Source of the DNA: Gracilinanus agilis
Lineage: Eukaryota
DNA: 64,000 nucleotides
Assembly: GCF_016433145.1 (NCBI RefSeq)
Contig: NC_058133.1
Location: forward strand, 166,152,780 to 166,216,779
Direction of reading: 5' to 3'
The number at the start of each line of letters is the position of its first letter. Within the stretch, counting starts at the first letter, position 1. The notes beneath the pieces were generated by a model. The model was not told the origin of the DNA. It saw nothing but the letters and a program-made list of their open reading frames with translations, and ran no database searches. The position numbers and the translations under genes are program-made. Below, piece by piece: positions 23,401 to 35,835 of this stretch.

Positions 23401-25384
23401 TAGAAAAAGATCTAGGTGAGGAAATATTTTCCCTTCCCCAGTCCCAAGGAGATATAGTCTCTGATTCCAGATTCCCCATCTCCCTCCCAGAAATCCTCTA
23501 AGTCAGAGACAGAGAGATCTGGACCTGGGGGAGGGGATGTCCTCCATTCAGGCAGCATCTTTTTCCTGCTCATCTGCCTCCTGAGTCCAAAGTACCTCTC
23601 CTCTAAATTTTTTAGGGAACTCCAACTAGAAGGGTTCCCATTTGATGATCTGACCGCCAGGTTCAGATTGACTCTCAACACCCCTCTTCGAAACATGTAT
23701 CATTCAGAAGCCCCAACTGCCTCCACCCTGTCTAAGAAACTCAGAACTGAGTTATTCAAATGATTAGCCTTCTCTGACCTCTCCCAGCATAACCAACGAC
23801 CTGGATCCCACCAGGACCTGCTTGGCCCTTTGTTTAGATGGCACTGAAGGGGAAAAACTATCTCTATGACCAACTCCAAGGACCCCTGAGGTCTTCCCAT
23901 ACCTCTCTCTCATTCCTCCTCTTCTCCCACCCCACCTCCTTATGGATGTCCTTGTCTGGAGCACTCTCAGCTGTTCAAGAATCTTCATTATTATTAGGAC
24001 ATCATTCACACCACTTCTTAAACATCCAGTCTACAGTCATCAATATCACTCTAAAGCCTCCCTGAAGCAGATCTCTCTGTGGGAGCTATGGCTCCCCTCT
24101 GAACTACACCTACATGCCTAGCCCACTTTCTACATTTCAGCTGAAAAATCTAAAGCTCTCTATGACCCAGTCATAGTCCTGCCTGTAATGTCAGCCATTC
24201 TAGGAGCAATAATATTAGTAAATATCATTTGTAGTCAAATAAGTATGATAATTAATAATGATGCTAGTAAGAATAGCAATAACAATGGTTATTCTGGTCC
24301 AGTGCAATGCAATACAAGTAATGCTTTTGGGGGGGGCAGGTGTGGAATCTGGGATTTCATCCATATAAAGAACTCCAACATGGGAGCTCTTTACTAAAGC
24401 AGTTCATCTGTAACTCAGCCTTAGAGAGTTGGGGGGACTTGCATGGCCAAACAACAAGATCATATCCAAGGCAAGACTTGAACCCTTTCTGACTTTAGCA
24501 TAGGCAGGCTTTCTGGCTGTCCTGTCACAGTTCTAGCAATACTCTTAGTAGGAGAGTGACTAGACTTGTGATTTCACTGATTTAGGAAACACTCTGGTGA
24601 GTTCTACTACTAATGCAGATCAACAACTTCTCTGCGATTTAGAACATTGAGTTGCCAACAGAGTAGCCAGAAGTTAAGTGATTTCCCAGGTAAGCAGCAG
24701 AAGTGGACTTTGAACGCAGGTCACTCTGGCTCTAAGGCTAGCTCTTTGTCCACTACTTTTCACACTACCTCTCTTCTCAATTTTAACAAAATAATGAACT
24801 GTATTACTGACAACCTCAGGGAGATGAGCAATGCTATTGGCAGGATTATAAGTAATACTATCAGGAGCATTAGCAGGGATGCTTTAAGTGCAACCGGCCA
24901 TACTGGGAAATGATACTGCTAATAATCACATTTATAATGCTATTGGCAGCACCATTAAGAGATTAGCTGCCATGTGAGCAATGCCATTCACAACACTGTT
25001 TGTGATAACATTAGCTTACCAATGCTGGTATTACTACATCAGGCAAGAATATTAGTGGCAATGGTCATTGCACTATTGGTAATCCTGTTAGTGGCATCAT
25101 TAGTAGAAATATGACCAAGTTCATAATAATAATGGCTAGCATTTATATAACACTTTTAGGTTTACAAAGTTCTGTGTGAATATTATCTTATTTGGTCCTC
25201 ACAATAACCTGAGGTCCTCACAATAACTCAATTTTACATATAAGAGAAGTGAGATAAAGGTTAAAAAGCTTGCCCAAGGTCACACAACCAATGCATATCT
25301 GAGGTCAGATTTGAACCCAGGTCTTCTTGACTCTAAGTCCAAAGCTCTGAGCCACCAGTATTAATACTAACTGGGATTAAATAC

Positions 25385-25615
25385 AAGGAAGCTAGGCATG
25401 AAGTAGAGTGTCAGACCTGGCCTCAAGAAGATCTGAGCTCAAATTTGGCTTCAAGATACTTACTAGCTGTGTGACTCTGGGCAACTTCCTTAACTCTGTT
25501 TGCCTCAGTTTCCTCATCTGTCAAATGATCAGGAGAAGGAAATAGCAAACCACTCCAGTATCTTTGCCAAGAAAACTCTAAATGAGGTCTTGAAGAGTCA
25601 GACAAGACTGAACCA
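25385..25615 (+). mobile_element. MAR1-type CORE-SINE with RTE-derived tail (similar copies at about 35905-36095 +, 46125-46350 -, 49415-49672 +, 50610-50830 -, 58835-59035 +)
   Basis: ggagaaggaaatagcaaaccactccagtatctttgccaagaaaac tail. Confidence 0.75.
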
Positions 25616-26399
25616 CAAAGGATTAAGTACTACTATTAGGTACTAATCGCCAGTATTTACAATTCTGTTATCAGTACATTAGCAATGCTAATAATAGTTT
25701 TATTCATGGCATTAGTAGCAGAAGCGTCTTGGTTACACAACTCTATCGTGAGCCACGTCATTGGCAATTGGCATCGGACTGGTACTGTTGCTGAACTAGT
25801 ATCAGTCTTCATACAGTTATTGTCCATATAATTGGCAGTGCTAGTAACAGTACTACAAAGAACACTGGTAGCACGCTAGATCATCCCCGCAGCAGCGCTG
25901 TGTGTGTGGTTTAGGCTCCTAATAACCGTCAGTCAGAGGAGCTGCTCTGCTTGCTATCCAGGCACTTGGTAATGCTAGAAGAGCTCCCCTTGGTACTGAC
26001 GGCAGGACCGTATCCATTAGGTACGGATGCTGTCAATAACGTTAGTTAGCTATACTATAAGCAGTTATACTATAAGCAGGACTGAGCCCCCTGACCTCCG
26101 CAACTGACGCTTTGACAACTCTGGGGAGCCCCGCAAGCAGTGACACTGGTGTGAGTGGCGACTTAAGCAACAGCAGTCGGGGAACTACCGGTGGGACCCC
26201 CCCTGGAACCTCTCTTCCCTGCCCCCTTTCTCCCTACCAGTATCGGCTCTCCTGGAGAGGTTGCTGGGGCAGGGTTATGGGCTTCTTTGGCAAGGGAGCT
26301 CCCCTCAACTGGGATGGGGGAGGGAGATCAAGGGTAGCCATTGCTCAGCTCTGGCGGATTGGGAATTGCAGGATGGGGAGAGAGAGCTGACACGAACCT

Positions 26400-26990
26400 G
26401 GACCAGGCAGAGAGCATAGCATAAACTGTGTGCGTGGGGTGGGGGCAGAAGGCACGGCATCCGGGGGAATCTCTCACTCACCTCTCAGGAGAAGGACGAG
26501 GGGAATCAAGGAGGCGCCGGGGCCCGGGGCGCGGAGCCCGCAAACTTTGGCGCCCCCGGGGGCTGGTCCTGCAGCAGGAAGGAGATTGCAGAGGGGACTG
26601 CAGAACGAGAGGAAGAGTGAGAGCTAGAGGGAGGGTGAGCGCTAGGAGAGGACGCTATAAAGAGGGCGCGGAGCCGGGCCCCAGAGCACCGCACAAAACC
26701 CCCTTTCTTCCCCCCGGGCGCCCCGGCTTCCCTCCCCTCCCCTCCTCTCGCCCCCCGCCCCTCTGACAGGGCCGGCTCCGGCCAAGAACAGCCTCTGTCG
26801 CCCCAGCTAGGGGGCTTGGAGATCACGGGTTATGGCTCTTTCTCAGAGTCTGGCCCCAGTAGCACCAGAGAAGCGAGACAGAAAGGACAAGCGAAGTAGG
26901 ACATTATTCTGGGGACAAGGAACAGAAGAGAGGCTGGGAGGGAGGCGGAGGGAAAGGGGCGGGGCGGGCTCCTTAGGCAAAGTAAGAGGC
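26400..26990. promoter_or_regulatory. BCAN promoter CpG island with TATA-like core and GC boxes
   Basis: High CpG density; ctataaag at 26655-26662; ggggcggggcgg near 26957-26968. Confidence 0.65.
26482..26635 (-). other. BCAN: Probable non-coding exon 1 of BCAN (5' end approximate)
   Basis: CpG-rich island; donor GAG|GTGAGT at 26482/26481; AT-rich core at 26655-26661 just upstream. Confidence 0.65.
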
Positions 26991-28995
26991 TGCTAGTACA
27001 GCAGAATGGATGGAGGTTAGATTGCAGGAAGGACTTCCCGTGGATTCAGGAAAGGATAGCTAAAGGAAGCAAGGGAAGAGGAGTAACTCTGAGCTTGGGG
27101 GTGGGAGTGAAGGGGTACATTTGTATGGTATAAACAGAAATAAAATTATCATCTCTGCCCCATCCACTCTTTGTGCCTTCTGTTTTCTGGGTTCTCTCAC
27201 CGGGAAGGGGAGAGAGATGGGGTGGGGCTGATATTGCAGTAGCAGGGATGGGGGTTAGACTGCAGGTGGATTGGGCAAGTAAAGAGAGTAATGAAACCTT
27301 GAGAGTTCTCCCAGCTAGAAGAGAGACAGGACAGAGGGGAGCACTACTTAGGTAGAAAAGGGGGCTAGGAAGGAACTGGCACCAGGTAAACTAGCCTGTG
27401 CAGATGAGCAAAGCGATAAGCAGTTATTGGCTATGGAGGAAGCCTCCCGGTCCAAGCTGCTACATTGATGAATGTGGCAGGCACCTTGGTGCCAGGGGGT
27501 GGACCAGAAACACTGGCCGGAACAGAATGCTTCAGTGCCCAGAATGCTAACCAGTACCCCCCCCCCCAGTCCCCCAGGAATCCAGGATCTTTGCTTCCCT
27601 TTTCCTTCAGGACCTTTGCCTGGGTCTTTCTAAGACCTTTACAGCTCCAGGGAGACCAGACATGGTCACTGGCAGGGACAGAAGGCTGGACAGATGGACG
27701 CCTAGATTCTTCCAGGGGCTGTTTAGCTACTCTCTGCCCATTTCTTTTGTTTCTTCCCTTTGTGGCATGGAAGGTTTTGCTCAAAAGTACTTTGAAATTC
27801 ACAGCAAAGAATCACCCTACATTATCTCCCTGTCAAGGAAGAAGGAAAAAGGAGAGGGATGCCACACTAATTTTGGATCCTTTCCCAGTGGAGGGTACAG
27901 AATGGTGGAAGAAATTAGGATTAGATAGTATGAAAGACTCCCAATAATGATGTGAAAAAGGGAAAGAGAGGATTGCTATCTCTTCCCAATAGGAAAGGAA
28001 AAAAAAAAGTTGGGTCCTGGGTGTAGATGCAAGGGGAATGGCAAAATTATCTCTAGAAATTTAAAGAAAAAACTTTCTGGGGTTGGAGTAGGGCTGGGGG
28101 AAGGAGGAGCATTCCTTTCTTGCTGGATCAACCTCCAGGCTCTGGCCCAGTTTAGACCCTGCCAGGCAGCAGGAACGGGAGTGATATTCAATCCCACGTG
28201 TGGCTCATATATAACCACTAGCCTTGGGAGTTGAGCAGGGGTAAGTCCGATGTTTCTTGGTCAGGAGCACAAAGTCATCTTCACTACCATGGTGCAAAGA
28301 CTAAGCAGGAAAAATAACCCTGAGTACTAGGGCCGTCAAGAGTACCACCCCCAACCCTGTCCATTCTGAATGCACTCTAATAACTTCAGCTGGCTAAAGA
28401 CATTTGGTAATTAACTTTTCCCAGAGCTTAAATCTCTTGTGATATGACTAGCACTGTTATTTTAGCCGGCTTCCCCTCTACCACCACTTTCCTCTCTGGC
28501 TACCAGAAACGGGATTTTGTAAAACAGAAAGGTTAACATCTCTTTACCTCCAACTTCAGAATACAGTCCTCTCTCCCCTCCCCATCCCTTCCAACCCTGC
28601 CCAAGAGAGAAGGTAGGGAGAAATGAATCCCCTAAATCAGGACTTTTCAAGGTCGGAGATGAGACTCTTCTCCAAGTTGGTTGCGCAAAGCTGACTTCCA
28701 AAAGCCACAAAGTTCATCCTGAAGTCCTTCCTGCACCTTCTTCATTACTAAAAAAAAAGAAAAAGAGAGAGATGTATTTATTGCCATCGACTTTTCAGCA
28801 AATTAACAGGGATTTGAAAAATTCCAGTCCCTCAAGTTCCACGGACTCTCATCTCCCTCCCCCAGACGAGGGCAGGTAACTCGGGCTTTCTATGGACTCC
28901 TTTGGTTTTTCAGAAGTCCATAGTCCTTAGCGACTGGTTGGGGGAGATTATACTGGCAAGGATGGAAGCTAGACTTTAGACAGAACTTCCTAGCA

Positions 28996-29205
28996 CAGGG
29001 GTCGGCAACCTTTTTGGCCCTGAGAGCCATAAATGCCACATTTTTTAAAATGTAATTTTGTGAGAGCCGTACAGTGCTCACAGTGCCCGCTCCTGTAACA
29101 ATGCCTGAAAAAAAAAAAGTGACTTTATGGCTCCTACAGAAAGAGCCATATCTGGCCCTCAAAAGAGCCAGATATGGCTCGAGAGCCATACATTGCCGAC
29201 CCCTG
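28996..29205. mobile_element. hAT/Charlie-type MITE, 210 bp
   Basis: Perfect 13-bp TIR CAGGGGTCGGCAA; 8-bp TSD TCCTAGCA/TCCCAGCA; repeated AGAGCCATA subterminal motifs. Confidence 0.9.
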
Positions 29206-30345
29206 TCCCAGCAGTATGACTCGAGAGCCTTTTCAATTCAATTTAAATGACTTAATGTGAATATTATATTTCCTGCTTTCTCTAGGTATGGCGGAGGAAC
29301 TAGAGGGAGGGAAAGAATTCAGAACTGGTAATAGAAATGTAAATAAAATGTATTTAAAAGGGCCTCGGATAAAATGGTGTTGGCTCCTGGCCCACCCTTA
29401 GGATGCCACTTAACTCCCAGTCTACCATCTACTCTCTCCCTTCACCGCTAAGGTGGGAGGAAGAACCCAGGGCACGGAACACTACCCCACCCCCACCTCC
29501 AGACTCCGCACGTGGCACGGACACCTGGGGCCTTTGCCAACTCTGTGCCAGCCGTCACCTCTGGAGGGAGCAGAGCAGGAAGGAGGCCAGTAGTTGAGGG
29601 GGTGCGGAGCGGAAGCCGCCGGCACGCAATTGCCCAGCAGCTGCGCCAGGAGAATCGAGGCTTTGAGAGAAACTGAATAGCGGGGTGGAATGCCCGGGTC
29701 TTCTGCTCCAGTGGAAGAGGGGGAGGGGAATGGGACTCGGGGAAGGAAGCCTGGGCTCAGACCTAGAGAACTGGGGGGAAATCGTAGGGGGGGAGGAGAA
29801 GGGCGACGCAGGTGTCTTGGGGTCTTACATCCTCCCTGGTATAGGAAAGAGGTTTCTTGCTTTTTCCTGAATTTTCCATACCCTGCAGTAATGCAGGGCT
29901 TCTCGCTGCACCTCCCAGCTTGGGCAGCAATCCATCTGGTCCTTTTCAGTCTTTCATTCTTTCTCTTGGTATGTGCATCTCCTTTTTTTCCCTAACTGCA
30001 GTTGTCTCTCCTCCTCCCCAGAATCTCCCCTCAATTTGACTCTAATTTCAGAAGCAAGCCCTCCTTCATTCTCTTCTCCCTCCATCCCAGCTCTCAAGTT
30101 GCATGTCAGAACAGTTGGGTCCTCTCCTTCCTTGTTTGCCTGGGACTCATTCCAAATTATTTAGAACAGAAAATGTACCTTAGGCATCATCTAATTCCCC
30201 CTTCCCTTTCTCTCCAGCCTCCCTCCCTCTACATCGTTGGGGATAAGACCTCCTCTCTGCCTCTTTGAGTGACAGTATTGGAGGAATGGGATCCGACGTG
30301 GTTAAATGCTTTCGACTTCTCTGGAGAGCGAATTTCCACGGTTAT

Positions 30346-30535
30346 TTTATTAATCTACACAGATCAGTTAACATTTCGACACTGTACTCCGCTCGGTCTC
30401 GCACGCAGTACTCATTTTCTCCAGGGGGAAACATCATTCAAATATTATTAGCCCTTAGGACAGGAGCACCCAGTCACTTCAAAAGCTGCCTCCAAACCAC
30501 ATCCAGGAAAGGTAAACAGCACAGGAGCATTTATT
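30346..30535 (-). terminator. Two HAPLN2 polyA signals
   Basis: Minus-strand AATAAA at 30535-30530 and 30351-30346. Confidence 0.6.
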
Positions 30536-30803
30536 TACTCTGCCTCCCCCCGGGCCCCGCCTGGATTTTGGCACAGCTGACTGCAGTGCGGGAAATAGAG
30601 TTTCAGTAAGACTTTCCTCGGCTCCCTCAATCTAGCAAGCAGGGGAAGCTCGAGAAGGCGGGAGGCAGTGCTGATACACACACTCCTAGTGTAAACACGC
30701 CCCATCCCCAACTCGATTCTCAATCTCTTTCCCAGTTAGGACTAGATCTACAGTGGGGAAAAAGGGCCGCTCTCTCGGCTGGGGCTAGGGAGGGCATATC
30801 CGT

Positions 30804-31112
<309 letters not shown>

Positions 31113-32105
31113 CTAAGAGGCCGCGCCCAGAAGGCGGGAGTAAGAGGAGTGGGGCGGACTCTGGCTGGACGAAAACTCTATGGACCTGCCATTTATAACT
31201 TTTCTCTGCCCCATACCCACAACCCCACCTTGTTCCCTAGTCCGACTCCCTTTCCCCAGGATGTTTCTTTTTCACCACCCTCTTGTCCAGGACACGGGCC
31301 CTATTCCTCGTTCCCACCTTTCTCCAAACCATTCTATACATCTTAGGCCCCGCCCCTGTTCTCTAACCTTGCTAATTTCACCCGTCTCTCCTCTCCCATA
31401 TGGCCCACCTCTTTTCCTTGGTTCTGGCCCCGCCCTTACGTAGCCCCCCCCTCCACTCTATTTATCCTCCTCTCCCCTTTTTCTAGTTTAGCCCCAGACT
31501 GAGCCCCGTCTCTTCCTCTAATCCCGCCCTTGTTCTCAACTCCATCTCATTTAGTCAATTTTCCCTTATCTACTTCTCTAGTTTCTTAGTCCAAGTCCTT
31601 TTTTCTAGTTCTAGGTCCTTCATTCTCTAATACCACCTCATTTAGATGGCCTCGCCTCTTTCTGTTGGTCCAGACACCACCCCTTTATCCAGCCCCGCCC
31701 CACTTTCTGTCCTTTCCCAATTCTGAAGTTCTTCCTTTTTTATTTTATCCCGCTCATAATCTAGCCTCACCTCATTGAGCCATTCTTTTCTGGCCTCCAA
31801 TCCATCTCAGGCCTCTCCTCTCTCAAGTCCCGCCCCATGAAGTAAGCCCCTTCTCTTTCTCTAGGTTCCACCTCTCTCTAATCCCGCCCCTGTTCCCGCC
31901 CTATTGGGTAGACACTTCCTCGCCTTCCCCTAAGTCATCCAGGCCCCGCCTCTCTCTAGTCCCGCCCCAGGAGGTCGGCCCTCCTCCTTTTCTCTACTTG
32001 CATCCCAGGCCTCTCCTCTTTCGAAACGTGCTGGACCCTATTTCATTCTCTAGTCCCGCCTCATTGGGTCGACCTCCTCCCTCCTTTCCCTCAGCCCCAC
32101 CTTCA

Positions 32106-32489
<384 letters not shown>

Positions 32490-32602
32490 TCAATCCCTCC
32501 TTTGCCAAAGCATCTCCTTCACCACACCTCGGCTTCACCAGGCTCCCAGGCTGATGCGAGAGGAGGAGGATGCCAAGGAGCAAGGGAGACCCCAGCCCTC
32601 TA

Positions 32603-33320
<718 letters not shown>

Positions 33321-33459
33321 TCAAGTCTTTGCCCATTCCACTCAGTATCTCATCAGTCCCTGTCCTCCTCCCTTCCAATGTCCTCACCCACTCCCTGACC
33401 TTCTACCCCAGGGTCTTCCCAGCCAACCATTCCTGTCTGCTATTCTGGGGCCATCTTAC

Positions 33460-33547
33460 CTGGATTGCCTGTGCCTTTGTGATAGATGGCAACACCTAGA
33501 GGAAAGAGGAGGCTCCAGAGGGCATAGAGGATTAGTTGGTTAGGCAT
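33460..33547 (-). CDS. HAPLN2: HAPLN2 signal-peptide exon (MPNQLILYALWSLLFPLGVAIYHKGTGNP)
   Basis: Translated by hand; gccATG at 33547; acceptor ttctag| before 33560; donor CAG|GTAAG; 88 nt. Confidence 0.9.
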
Positions 33548-34888
33548 GGCAGGAACTCAGCTAGAAAGTGATCTGTAATGACAGTTATAATAGGGCAATC
33601 TTTACTTCAGAAGATGAAAAAGAAACAAGGGGGTTGGGCCTAGAGAAGAGAAGGCATGGGGTAGGAGATGTCATAGTGAAGTCTGAGCAGGCATTCTCTG
33701 GAGAGAAGTGCCCACTTGGGTTCCATCTTCAATGGGGGCACAGCAACAGGGCCTGAATTTGTAAGCAGGAAGAACCACAGGCAGGATTGCTGCAGGGAGA
33801 CCGTGAAAGGGAGTTAAAGAAAAAAGGGAAAGGCCCGACTGCATTCTGTCTTCCCACAAAGAAAGAACAAGAGATAAACATACAATGGCAGTAAAATTAG
33901 AGGTTAAACAGCAGAAAGAAAATTTCCTTTTAGCAAGAGTGGGAAGAAATCAGAACCAAGAAGTAAGGGAGGAAAGTTAATTTTTTTCCCCCTCAAGAGA
34001 TCTGGGAGGAGTAGAATGCTATCTAGCAGAAATGGGGATCTGGCGGTGAAAAGAAACAAAACCTGACTCATGCATAATGAAGAGGCTAAGTAATATTTGT
34101 ATAGTACTTTATACTCTTCAAAGCATGCCCACATACATTATCTTGTTTGAATACCTCCAACCATAGAAGAAGGTCTGCTTCCTTACCAAGAAACTGATAT
34201 CTCCACAGTAGCAGAGTAAAACAGTAATTAATAACCTCTTGTCCTGTTTGAGAAAAAAGAATCCTAAGTCCTTCCATTTCCAGGATCTCCAAGTTCTTTA
34301 TAGCACAAAGATCTCTCAGCATCTTTTAGCTCCCATTTCTCCTCCCTCCCCCTTTCCTGCTAAAAAGATGCTTTTTCATTTCCCAGGTTTGAAGAGAAAG
34401 ACTGAAGGTCCAAGATTTATTCCTAAATCTAGGCCTGGCATGGGACTCAGATGTCCAGTTGCCCAGTCTGGCACTCCATCTGTTAGAACTTACTACCATA
34501 GGAACAAAGGGAAGATGCCAGTCCTGCATGGGGTTGGAGGGAAGGAGTGGAATGGGGATCTTGGGAAATTTGTGGGCCTGTAATAAGCACTTAGTAAATA
34601 TTTGTTTGGCTGATTACAAGTTAGTTGGAGGACAGACTGGACACATGACTTCCTGAGAGTTGGTATTAAGGTGTGGGAAAGTTGAGGGTTGCCTTTCCCT
34701 GAAGAGCTCTAGAATGCCTGCCGGGTTATTCTGGAAGAAGGAATGAACTAACTCCTCTCATTATGGTATTTATATTTGTGAGAGAAAAGGGAAGTTGTCT
34801 ATGAATTCCAAATGGGAATTAAAGATTTATAACTACTTATTTTTCTGCCATCTCCTTTCTAGACCTTCTCCCATACAGCAGCTCTCAC

Positions 34889-35030
34889 CTCTGCACTCTG
34901 TGTCCTGGTCCTGGCCCGGATCTGAGCATCGCTTGGGGGAAGAGATTCTTAGGGTAAGATCCAGACATCCAACTGCTTTGAAACCCTGACCTCTTCTGCC
35001 CAACCTCCTGTCTGTCTGTTTGTCCTTTCC
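34889..35030 (-). other. HAPLN2: Candidate non-coding first exon of HAPLN2 (5' end approximate)
   Basis: Donor GAG|GTGAGA at 34889/34888, 1.3 kb upstream of the ATG exon and just downstream of SOX motifs. Confidence 0.4.
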
Positions 35031-35056
35031 TTCCCTGTCCCCACCCCATCGGAAAC

Positions 35057-35093
35057 ACAATTTCCCATTGTCTCTGCCTTTCTCCCTATTGTT
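35057..35093. promoter_or_regulatory. SOXE (SOX10/SOX9) dimer site plus monomer site
   Basis: ACAAT-ttccc-ATTGT at 35057-35071; CTATTGTT (reverse complement AACAATAG) at 35086-35093. Confidence 0.55.
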
Positions 35094-35640
35094 GTATAAC
35101 AGATGCCCTTTCTTTATCTGGTGGGGAATGTCAACGAAATGTCAACAGCTGGGGATGTGGGATGCAGGGCTGGCTGGCACAGGACACCGGAAAAATGGCC
35201 AGAACTTCAGAGAGGGGGATAGATGTCCTCAAGGACAAAGCAGAAATGAGGGTCCAGAAGAGAGAAGTTTGAGTGAGACTACCCCAGTCTCTAAGCTTTT
35301 TTTTTTTGGTGGGGGGTGGGGGTGGTGGAATGATGAGCACTGGGCCCACCTCCACAGAGACTGAATAAAGTAAATATGACAACAGAAAAGGCTGAAGTTA
35401 AAAGAAAAATATGCATGTCTAGGAGACATTGAAATAGGGAGTTAGGGCTTTGAGAATCTCTCTAAATGAGTTATTTATTCATTTATTACTCCATTTTCTC
35501 CAGCCCTAAATGATAATTACATTTTCTGAGTTGAAAGTTCTGCAGAGAAGGAATTTCCCTGTGTGATAAATCACTCATTTTATTATTGTGAAGCCCATCC
35601 TGGTCTAATTTTGGTACCAACCAATTTCAGCATCCTATTA

Positions 35641-35835
35641 GTTTTTTTTTTTTTTAATCCCTTACTTTCCATCTTAGAATCAATACTGTGTATTGGTTCC
35701 AAGGCAGAAGAGCAATGGGGGTGAAGTGACTTGCTCAGGGTCATACAGCTAGAAAGTATCCTGGGTAAGATTTGAACCCAGGACCTCCCATCTCTAGGCT
35801 TGGCTCTCAATACACTTAGTCACCTAGCTGTCTCC
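35641..35835 (-). mobile_element. SINE1_Mdo-like SINE
   Basis: T-tract followed by cccttactttccatcttagaatcaatactgtgtattgg...cacctagctgtc. Confidence 0.75.
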
